In this document: one piece after another, positions 19,166-26,827 of the stretch
Layout: each line of letters begins with the position of its first letter
Position numbering within the stretch: position 1 is the first letter of the stretch
DNA from: Elusimicrobiota bacterium
Lineage (GTDB): Bacteria; Elusimicrobiota; Endomicrobiia; Endomicrobiales; Endomicrobiaceae
DNA: 64,000 nucleotides
Direction: 5' to 3'
NCBI GenBank assembly: GCA_052034625.1
Contig: JBPOII010000005.1
Location: forward strand, 6,417-70,416
Translations under genes and position numbers: made by a program
The notes under the pieces: model-generated
What the model was told of the DNA's origin: nothing
The model's database searches: none
What the model saw: the letters and a program-made list of their open reading frames with translations, nothing else

Positions 19166-20710
19166 CTACTGATTTTTTTCGAAAGATTCGACGAAACTAT
19201 CCATCTTTTTCTGCACATCTCTAAACGAATCTTCTGTTACAATTTCATAATTTTCAGCTTGTTTGTTCTTTTTATATATATTTATATTAAAGTGAAGTTT
19301 TCCTGAGCGTTTCTCTACACTTCCTGAAATAATCATATCAGCATTTGAATCTTTCCATATTTCTTTAGCTGACTTTTCATCAAGAGCTCCGACAACAGGT
19401 GAAATGCGGTTGATTTCAAACTTATCCAAAACCTTGGAACTTCCGTTTTCGGTAATTGATTTCCTTAGAATCTGAGTGAAAGCATTTACTTCACTTTCTG
19501 GCAATTTGTCAGAGTGGAGATCCATAACTGCAACAATTCCGGTCTTTTCTTTTACCTGAATAATTTCATCCTCTTCCTCATAAACACCGGATCTAAACCC
19601 ATAGCGTTCAAAATCATCGTTTTCTTCTTCGCCGACCGCTGGAGTTTCATTTTGGACGCTCTTTACCTGCAGCACAATACTTTCTGCTACGGGTAAAGGC
19701 TTAGAAATTTCCTCTCTCTCTTTTGATTTTTCTTTAATTTCTTTTTCGGGTTTTTCTTCATTTACGGCATAGCCGAACTTAATGCCGAGAGAAGCTCTGT
19801 GAGATTCGCCAAGATCACCGCTTGGAGAAAATGTATAATCAAAAGTCCAATCTTTGAATCTTGCACCAAAGCCGGCATTTATGCCGCCAAAACCGGGAAC
19901 ATTTTTCTGTTTGCCGTCATAACCTAACCTTAAACTTATATTTGTTTCTTCATTAGCTTTTAGCTCGTATTCTGCACCCATAGTAGGAAAAACATCATTA
20001 TCGGAAGGAAAATTTATATCCGCTGAAAGCAAAAAAGCATCAAAAAACCGTTTTGAAGCTCCAAACTTAAACATTACAGGAAGCGATTCACTTTCTCTAT
20101 TGTATTTTATATCAGTACCGACATTTTGGAGAACAGCTCCGAAAGAAGTAGTTTCATCATTTAAAGTGTAAATTGCTCCGATATCAAATGCCGCAGCTGA
20201 AGCTGAAGCTGATATTATAGAATAAATATATTTAAAGCTCGCACCATAGTCAATTATTCCGTATTCTTCTACAAACACACTTCCGGCATATGATAAATAG
20301 ACAGCAAACTCATACGGCGAAAAAGTATTCCCCGTAAAATTCCCCAAACTGTCAGTCTCATCAATATCCCCGTATGAAAGATGTTGTATAGCAATACCGA
20401 AAACACCGTATTCAGGAGTAGGCAAAGCAAATGATGCCCACTTATAAGCAATATCTTCAAAAGATGATGAATACATAAAAGAAATTTCTTTTTTTAATAT
20501 GGTGGCAAGCCCTGCCGGGTTCCAGTACATCATATCGGAAGCACCATCAGTAACAGAAGTATAAGCATTACCCATACCTATTGCCCTTGCGCCTACAGGC
20601 ATTTTAAGAAAAGCCGCTGCCCTCGTACCAACATCCGATCTTGAAAAAGCCGATTCGGCAATTATAGGAACCGTTAAGCAAATGATAAGAGACAGCAGTA
20701 ATTTTTTCAT
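19166..20710 (-). CDS. outer-membrane beta-barrel protein (PorV/UPF0164-like) with acidic linker and C-terminal soluble domain
   Basis: The likely start is MKKLLLSLIICLTVPIIAESAFS (ATG 20710, ATGA overlap with the upstream stop). GARAIGMGNAYTSV motif and alternating beta-strand pattern ending ...SLGIKFGY. A Glu/Lys-rich linker follows, then a ~150 aa domain (GIVAVMDLHSDKL...). Confidence 0.7.
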   Translation of the reverse strand: MKKLLLSLIICLTVPIIAESAFSRSDVGTRAAAFLKMPVGARAIGMGNAYTSVTDGASDMMYWNPAGLATILKKEISFMYSSSFEDIAYKWASFALPTPEYGVFGIAIQHLSYGDIDETDSLGNFTGNTFSPYEFAVYLSYAGSVFVEEYGIIDYGASFKYIYSIISASASAAAFDIGAIYTLNDETTSFGAVLQNVGTDIKYNRESESLPVMFKFGASKRFFDAFLLSADINFPSDNDVFPTMGAEYELKANEETNISLRLGYDGKQKNVPGFGGINAGFGARFKDWTFDYTFSPSGDLGESHRASLGIKFGYAVNEEKPEKEIKEKSKEREEISKPLPVAESIVLQVKSVQNETPAVGEEENDDFERYGFRSGVYEEEDEIIQVKEKTGIVAVMDLHSDKLPESEVNAFTQILRKSITENGSSKVLDKFEINRISPVVGALDEKSAKEIWKDSNADMIISGSVEKRSGKLHFNINIYKKNKQAENYEIVTEDSFRDVQKKMDSFVESFEKNQ

Positions 20711-21165
20711 CTTTTTATAAGCTCCGAATTTATTTTTATTATGCATTTCTTTACCGGAGAATTTCCGCATAAAGGAGCATGGGCATCTTCCGGAAAAAAT
20801 AAAGAAAAATGCCTTTCATTAAGCCTTATATTAAAATCAGGTTTGTCATTATAGAATGCAATATCTTTTTTTTGATTATAATCAATATAGATATCCTTAC
20901 AATCAATTAGGCTTTTCCATCCGATTATGTCATAACCATCAATAATATACTGTAAATCTATATATTTTCTATGGACTTCAAGCTTTTGGTCATTTCTGGG
21001 TTTAGGCAACGAAGTTTCAACAATTGCATACATATCATCGCTGATTTGATATTTTTTTTCTGAAGATAATTTATTTATATTATCCTTAATAAAATTATGA
21101 GCTTTCTCAAGAGAAGAAAGGTTATTAAAATACAAACCTATATTTTTTATATTGTCTGTAATCAT
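20707..21165 (-). CDS. YhcH/YjgK/YiaL (DUF386) family protein
   Basis: 152 aa. EVHRKYIDLQYIIDGYDIIGW and FSLFFPEDAHAP match the family hallmark. Confidence 0.85.
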   Translation of the reverse strand: MITDNIKNIGLYFNNLSSLEKAHNFIKDNINKLSSEKKYQISDDMYAIVETSLPKPRNDQKLEVHRKYIDLQYIIDGYDIIGWKSLIDCKDIYIDYNQKKDIAFYNDKPDFNIRLNERHFSLFFPEDAHAPLCGNSPVKKCIIKINSELIKR

Positions 21166-21254
21166 AATTTCCTATTGTGCAACTGTTTGAAGAATTATAC
21201 AATATTAATGGTATTTCAGCAAAAATTTTTCAAGCCTTTTAAGGAGAAAATAAA

Positions 21255-21875
21255 ATGAAAATCAGCTTACACACATTATTTACATTATCATTATGTCTGA
21301 CAGTTGCTCTTTTTTCAAGTTTTGTTCTGCCTGATATCGCAGCAGCAGACAAGGATATTAAAATCTTTTCTTTGCCGGCACCTGAAAAAACAGGCGGCAA
21401 ACCTCTAATGGAAGCTTTAAATGAACGAAAAACAAATAGGAATATAAGTTCAAATAAAATAAGCGATCAAGAGCTCAGCAATCTTTTATGGGCTGTCTGG
21501 GGAATCAATAGAAGCGACGGCAAAAGAACTGCACCTACAGCAATGAACAGACAAAGTATTGAAGTTTATGTCGTGCTTGAAAGCGGAGTATGGCTTTATG
21601 ATGCAAAAAAGAATGAACTTGTTTTAGCTATAGCAGGCGATGAAAGATCTAAAATTTCAAATACTGCCGTAACACTTTTATATACGGCTCCGGCAAATGA
21701 CAAGTTTTCAGCTATGCATATCGGATCTCTTTATCAGAATGCCGGTTTATATTGTGCTTCCGCAGGACTTGCCAATGTCGTGAAAGCAAGCGGAATAGAT
21801 GCACTGAAAGATATTTTAAAATTACCGAAAGGTTATGAAGTTTTCATAATACAATCAATAGGATATCCAAAATAA
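21255..21875 (+). CDS. nitroreductase-family (SagB-like) protein with N-terminal signal peptide
   Basis: 206 aa. Hydrophobic leader ending DIAAADK, then LNERKTNRN...LSNLLWAVWGINR and a C-terminal IQSIGYPK nitroreductase pattern. AAGGAGAA RBS. Confidence 0.75.
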   Translation: MKISLHTLFTLSLCLTVALFSSFVLPDIAAADKDIKIFSLPAPEKTGGKPLMEALNERKTNRNISSNKISDQELSNLLWAVWGINRSDGKRTAPTAMNRQSIEVYVVLESGVWLYDAKKNELVLAIAGDERSKISNTAVTLLYTAPANDKFSAMHIGSLYQNAGLYCASAGLANVVKASGIDALKDILKLPKGYEVFIIQSIGYPK

Positions 21876-21877
21876 AA

Positions 21878-21901
21878 AAACGACCTGATTTAAGGTCGTC
21901 T
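21878..21901. terminator. bidirectional terminator hairpin between the nitroreductase gene and tRNA-fMet
   Basis: ACGACCT-loop6-AGGTCGT. On the minus strand it is followed by a T7 run (strong, ends the tRNA transcript). On the plus strand the tail is weak. Confidence 0.7.
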
Positions 21902-21916
21902 GTTATAAGTTCTATA

Positions 21917-21990
21917 TTGCGGGGGCAGGATTTGAACCTGCGGCCTTCAGGTTATGAGCCTGACGAGCTACCGAGCTGCTCCACCCCGCG
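21917..21990 (-). tRNA. initiator tRNA-fMet (CAU)
   Basis: 74-nt cloverleaf CGCGGGG..CTCATAA..CCCCGCAA. C1xA72 mismatch, A11:U24 pair, anticodon CAU. Only two of the three canonical G:C pairs are present in the anticodon stem. CCA is not encoded. Confidence 0.93.
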
Positions 21991-22009
21991 ATTTATTTTA
22001 ATAAAAAGG

Positions 22010-22038
22010 ATTATATCAATATTTCTATTTTTTGTCAA
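22010..22038 (-). promoter_or_regulatory. consensus sigma70 promoter for tRNA-fMet
   Basis: Minus strand reads TTGACA-17 nt-TATAAT exactly. The -10 ends about 20 nt upstream of the tRNA 5' end. Confidence 0.85.
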
Positions 22039-22161
22039 ACTTATTAGTTCAAGGGTATTGCTTACTTAGGCCAGCCTTACTTTTAGAAAGTAAGCAAATC
22101 GCCGCCTCGTTTGCATTCGTTTGAAAATATTTCTCGGTTTGCGAACTGCCCCGGCAGGGTC

Positions 22162-22282
22162 ATCCCCGAAATCCGTAATCGGGGATCCATTTTGTCTTTT
22201 TCATTGCTGTTTATTCGTAATTCGTCATTAGTAATTCGTATTTGTAGTTATAAGTTCGTCATTCATAATTGTTTTAATTTGA
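22162..22282 (+). repeat. dispersed intergenic element, copy A (hairpin + T-rich run + 24-nt box + GTTTTAATTTGA)
   Basis: Hairpin ATCCCCGA-loop9-TCGGGGAT (22162-22186) and box ATTCGTAATTCGTCATTAGTAATT (22213-22236). Alignable with 58179-58291 on the opposite strand. Confidence 0.7.
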
Positions 22283-22316
22283 CCCATTCCTAAAAATTTG
22301 CTAAATTTACTGAATT

Positions 22317-23450
22317 ATGAATGAAAAATTTAAAGTTTACACTGATTGTAAACATTTTCCCCTTGACCGCCCATGCATTTACCAAAAAAACAACAATATG
22401 TGCTGTCCTGAATGTAAAGATTATGTAAAAATATCAAAAGGCACAGACATAAAACGCATTCTTATAATAAAGTTGGGGGCGATGGGTGATGTTTTAAGGA
22501 CAACTTTCCTGCTTCAAGGGCTTAAAGAGATCTACCCGGAAAGTTTTATTTCATGGATAGTAAGCGGAAAAAATGCCGAAGTCCTTGAAGGAAATAAATT
22601 ATTAAATGAGATCATCATAAACAATGAGAAAACTTCTGAATACCTTATCAATAATTACTTTAATATAGTAATAAACCTTGATCTCGCACCGGAAAGCCTT
22701 GCACTTGCAAAACTTTCAAATAAACAAAAAACATTTGGATACTCCGTCGACGAAACAAGAAATATAATTTCATCAAATTCTTTTGCGCAAGATTGGCTTA
22801 AAATGAGTGCTTATGATGAACTAAAAAAAGCAAACACCCAAACTTATCAGTATTGGATGTCAAAAATAACCGAGATACCCAAAGACAATTATGAGATTAT
22901 CGTTCCGTTAAAAGAATCTTCGCTTGCAAAAGCTGAAACTTTTTTAAAAGAAAAGAATATATCTACCGATAAAAAAATAATCGGCATAAATCCGGGTGCC
23001 GGAAAAAGATGGAAACTTAAAAAATGGCGCACAGATGGTTTTATTGAGGTTGCAAAATACTTTTCTTCCAAAGAGCATATTATTTTACTCTTAGGCGGAA
23101 AAGAAGATGAAGAAGATATAAATGCAATATTAAAAGAAAATCTTCAAAATGTTTTTTCTACCGGAACATCGCATCCCGTTGCTGATTTTTTCGCAATGAT
23201 AAATCTTTGTGATATTATACTCTGCGGCGATACAATGGCTTTACATGCCGCCGCCGGACTTAAAAAAAGCATTGTAGCACTTTTTGGGCCAACATCTCTT
23301 CCTGAGATTGAAGTTTACGGCAGAGGAACTAAGATACAATCATCAAAAGACTGCATAAGCTGCTATAGACAGGAATGTGATATAGAAAATAACTGTATGG
23401 ATGCAATATCCGCAAAAGAAGTTATAGACGCTATAGAAAAATACATATAA
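22317..23450 (+). CDS. glycosyltransferase family 9 (LPS heptosyltransferase-like) with Cys-rich N-terminal extension
   Basis: 377 aa. ILIIKLGAMGDVLRTT start-of-domain motif, GINPGAGKRWKLKKW, GDTMALHAAAG, and a C-terminal CISCYRQEC..C cluster. Has an extra ~45-aa N-terminus with CX8C...CCXXC. Confidence 0.85.
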   Translation: MNEKFKVYTDCKHFPLDRPCIYQKNNNMCCPECKDYVKISKGTDIKRILIIKLGAMGDVLRTTFLLQGLKEIYPESFISWIVSGKNAEVLEGNKLLNEIIINNEKTSEYLINNYFNIVINLDLAPESLALAKLSNKQKTFGYSVDETRNIISSNSFAQDWLKMSAYDELKKANTQTYQYWMSKITEIPKDNYEIIVPLKESSLAKAETFLKEKNISTDKKIIGINPGAGKRWKLKKWRTDGFIEVAKYFSSKEHIILLLGGKEDEEDINAILKENLQNVFSTGTSHPVADFFAMINLCDIILCGDTMALHAAAGLKKSIVALFGPTSLPEIEVYGRGTKIQSSKDCISCYRQECDIENNCMDAISAKEVIDAIEKYI

Positions 23451-23459
23451 GAGGCAAAA

Positions 23460-24158
23460 ATGGAAACAGTTGTAATGATACCGACTTATAATGAAGCTTC
23501 AAATATAAAGCAGGTCATCAATGACATTTTAAACTGCGGCATAGATACAGATGTACTTGTCGTAGACGATATGTCCCCCGACTGTACATATAAAATAGTT
23601 GAAGAAATGTCCAAGACCAATCCCAAAGTACATCTTCTCCTCAGGAAAGAAAATAGAGGCAGAGGATATGCAGGTAAAGACGGCTTTAAAAAAGCTATTG
23701 AAATGGGCGCAAAATATATAGTCGAAATGGATGGTGACGGCTCTCATTCTCCAAAATATATTCCGGGTTTCAGAGAAACTATAAACAACTGCGATGTTGT
23801 GATAGGTTCAAGATATGTTAAAGGCGGCAAAGATGAAAATAGAACATTGCTTCGCCAGGTAGTCAGTAATCTTTCCAGATGGTATCTTGCATTTATTCTA
23901 TGCGTAAAAGTTAAAGATGCGACTTCTGGATTCAGGATGTTTAAAAGAGAAGTTCTCAAAACTTTTGTTGATAAGCTGAAAGCCAGTGACCCTTTTATCG
24001 TTTCGGAAGTACTTTATCATGTCAGAAAAAATAAATTCACAATTAAAGAATACCCTATAGAGTTTCTATCCAGAATATCAGGCGAATCAAAACTGCATCC
24101 TTGGACTCTTATAAAATATCTTTTCAAAGTTTTAAAATTAAGAATTACGGGTAAATAA
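23460..24158 (+). CDS. GT2 polyprenyl-phosphate glycosyltransferase (Dpm1/ArnC-like)
   Basis: 232 aa. IPTYNEASNI, VVDDMSPD, EMDGDGSH (DXD-type) and GSRY motifs. Confidence 0.88.
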   Translation: METVVMIPTYNEASNIKQVINDILNCGIDTDVLVVDDMSPDCTYKIVEEMSKTNPKVHLLLRKENRGRGYAGKDGFKKAIEMGAKYIVEMDGDGSHSPKYIPGFRETINNCDVVIGSRYVKGGKDENRTLLRQVVSNLSRWYLAFILCVKVKDATSGFRMFKREVLKTFVDKLKASDPFIVSEVLYHVRKNKFTIKEYPIEFLSRISGESKLHPWTLIKYLFKVLKLRITGK

Positions 24159-24161
24159 TCA

Positions 24162-26288
24162 ATGAATTATAAACTCTGGTTTTGGGCAGTTAATATTTTC
24201 ACCGCATTTTTAAGACTTTTATTTATAGGCAGAGTTGGACTTACCGTTGACGAAGCTCATTATTGGGTATATACAAAATTTCTCTCTCTTTCATATTTTG
24301 ATCATCCTCCTCTTATCGCATATATAATAAAATTATCTACATTGATATTTGGCAATACAGAATTTGCCGTGCGTTTTCCTGCAGTACTTATCTTCTTCTT
24401 TACCTGTTGGATATTTTATATATGTGTTGAAAAACTTTATAATGCAAGAACTGCTTTTACAGGCGTAGTATTATTGAATGTTCTGCCTGTATTTTCTTTT
24501 TTAGGTTCTGTTATATCTATTCCTGATTCCCCATTGGCACTTTGCTGGATGCTTGCTTTTCTCATTTTTATAAAGATCTTAGAAACAAACAATAAAAATT
24601 ATTGGTATTTACTTGGTATGATCACCGGTTTTGCAATGATTGCAAAATACAATGCCGTTATGATCCCTGCATCAATTGCATTATTCTTAATATTTTCCCC
24701 TAAACACAGATTCTGGTTTACTAAAAAAGAGCCGTATTTAGCACTAATTATAACTTTTATAATCTTTACTCCGATAATTTTATGGAACATAGAAAATAAT
24801 TGGGCATCGTTTGGTTTTCAACTAAGACATGGATTTGGAAGTTCGGCACCTAAATTCTCATTTACATTATTTGGACAATCAATTGGTGCACAGGCAGGCT
24901 ATGTATCACCGCCGATATTTATAATTTTTATTGCGGCGGCTTATTTGTGTGTAAAAGAAGCATATACGAAAAAAGACCGTACGGCATTGCTTATATCATG
25001 CTTTTCTCTTCCTATTCTCATATTTTTTAATCTTATTGCCACATTCAATGAAATACTTCCGCATTGGCCTGCTATGGGCTACCTCATACTTTCCATATAT
25101 GTGGCACATATAACTTTAAAATATTGGGAAGTAAAATGGTTTAGAATATATACAATAATTGCCTGGGCATTAACTATCTTTTTGGTATTATTTGCAACTT
25201 TCCACATAATGTATAAAATAGTGCCTATTGAAAAATTCCTTCCTAAAGAACAGGTTGAAAAGGTCAGATACGGAATTCCTGAACCTGAAAGGATAGATAT
25301 TACAAATGATGTTTTTGGTTGGAAAGAGATAGGCGATGAAATAAGACGCATAATGGACACATATCCGCCCAAATCAAAACCTTTTATATTCACACATAAA
25401 GGATATCTTGCAAGCCAGTTGGCTTTTGCTGTACCCGAATACAGAGTATTTTGTTTCAGCGACAGAATAGATGCTTATGATCTGTGGCAAAGAGATCTAA
25501 GACCTCTCAGAAATAAAAATGCCATTTTTATATGCAATGATTATTTTTTCTATGATCCGCAGAAGAAATACGGCGAAGCATTTTCTTCCTATAATGAAAT
25601 AAAGATTTTTCCTGTATACAGAAACGGAATTAAAATAAGGAATTTCTTTTTTACTGAATGCACAAGATTTAAACCGATAAATCTTCCTGAAAGGTATACA
25701 TCAAACTTACTTGGACCAAAAAAAGATGTAGGCAAAGAACTTATAAAATTTGATCATGCCGTATTCAAATTTATTAACAGCACTATGCATAATACTGTTC
25801 TTGATTTTTATATGTCGGTAGTATCTTTTTGCGATTCTAAAAGTTTTAATCTGGGCTTAATAACAATGCTGATAGTCGCCATAGCAATTATGTGGAATAA
25901 TACAAGAGACAGATTCTGGACAAATATAGCACTTCTGATCAGTATACTTGCCATATCCGGTCTTGTATCTTACTTTCTTAAAAACTACTTTGAGCGCTAC
26001 CGTCCTTTACGGGTTTTCGGAGATGAAAATGTAAATTTCTTTTATGAACAGCTCCACAAAAAATCATTCCCTTCAGGACATACTCTATCAGCATTTTCAA
26101 TATGCGTATTTATGCTGATGACAGTAAGAAAATATTGGTATTGGTATATTATCCTTGCTTTTGGAATGGGTTTCGAAAGAATATATGTCGGAAGCCATTT
26201 TCCGTCAGATGTGCTTGCCGGAGCATTTATAGGCTCTCTTATTGCTTATATTATGGTAAAGCTGTTTAAAAAATATTCTAAAATTTAA
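24162..26288 (+). CDS. fusion protein: GT-C (ArnT/PMT-like, GT39/83-type) glycosyltransferase + C-terminal PAP2 lipid phosphatase
   Basis: 708 aa. The N-terminal polytopic part has a first-loop VDEAHYW motif and DHPPL. The C-terminal ~190 aa carry the three PAP2 motifs KNYFERYRP (~25980), PSGH (~26069) and SHFPSDVLAG (~26193). Confidence 0.85.
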   Translation: MNYKLWFWAVNIFTAFLRLLFIGRVGLTVDEAHYWVYTKFLSLSYFDHPPLIAYIIKLSTLIFGNTEFAVRFPAVLIFFFTCWIFYICVEKLYNARTAFTGVVLLNVLPVFSFLGSVISIPDSPLALCWMLAFLIFIKILETNNKNYWYLLGMITGFAMIAKYNAVMIPASIALFLIFSPKHRFWFTKKEPYLALIITFIIFTPIILWNIENNWASFGFQLRHGFGSSAPKFSFTLFGQSIGAQAGYVSPPIFIIFIAAAYLCVKEAYTKKDRTALLISCFSLPILIFFNLIATFNEILPHWPAMGYLILSIYVAHITLKYWEVKWFRIYTIIAWALTIFLVLFATFHIMYKIVPIEKFLPKEQVEKVRYGIPEPERIDITNDVFGWKEIGDEIRRIMDTYPPKSKPFIFTHKGYLASQLAFAVPEYRVFCFSDRIDAYDLWQRDLRPLRNKNAIFICNDYFFYDPQKKYGEAFSSYNEIKIFPVYRNGIKIRNFFFTECTRFKPINLPERYTSNLLGPKKDVGKELIKFDHAVFKFINSTMHNTVLDFYMSVVSFCDSKSFNLGLITMLIVAIAIMWNNTRDRFWTNIALLISILAISGLVSYFLKNYFERYRPLRVFGDENVNFFYEQLHKKSFPSGHTLSAFSICVFMLMTVRKYWYWYIILAFGMGFERIYVGSHFPSDVLAGAFIGSLIAYIMVKLFKKYSKI

Positions 26289-26817
26289 ATCTTTTTCCCA
26301 AAGAAGCGCCGTACATATTGCCTACACTGTGTATAGTTCTGAATTTATCGGTTATCCAGCTTCCGTCAAAAAAATCTTCTTTTACTTTCGCATACAAGAC
26401 ATCAGCGACTATCATATCAACTCCCGAATATTCATGATCGTCTTTTAACCTGCACTCAAGATATCCTGCACAATTCTTAGCCATAATGGAATTTATTTTT
26501 TGACACTTTTCATAATATATACCGAAAGAATCAAACTTATCCCCTTTTCTTCCTGATATGCTTCCGCACTTTAAAACAATATCCAGCATATCCATATCAG
26601 GGATATTTATGCAAAAATCTTTATTCTTAAGTATTAAATCAGTAATAAAATGATTGCTGTCCAGCGCTATAGCAATAATAGGCGGTTCATCATTTACAGG
26701 CATATTCCATGCAACAGGCGTTATACCTTTAACCTTTTCATTGCCGGCAGAAATAAGCACACAACTGCCTGTATTTATAAGCCTTACGGCTTCCGTTAAC
26801 ATAATTTCTTTATACAT
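26278..26817 (-). CDS. flavin reductase-like (FMN-binding split-barrel) protein
   Basis: 179 aa. The pattern TGSCVLISAG....GITPVAWNMPV....PPIIAIALD is typical of the flavin reductase domain. Convergent 11-nt overlap with the GT-C::PAP2 gene. Confidence 0.75.
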   Translation of the reverse strand: MYKEIMLTEAVRLINTGSCVLISAGNEKVKGITPVAWNMPVNDEPPIIAIALDSNHFITDLILKNKDFCINIPDMDMLDIVLKCGSISGRKGDKFDSFGIYYEKCQKINSIMAKNCAGYLECRLKDDHEYSGVDMIVADVLYAKVKEDFFDGSWITDKFRTIHSVGNMYGASLGKRFKF

Positions 26818-26827
26818 ACACTTCTCC

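Noticed and set aside
22111-22293. 60-aa plus-strand ORF in the tRNA-fMet/GT9 intergenic region
   Set aside because: It spans the hairpin and the repeated box element. It has no RBS and low-complexity translation, so it is better explained as noncoding structured or repeat DNA.
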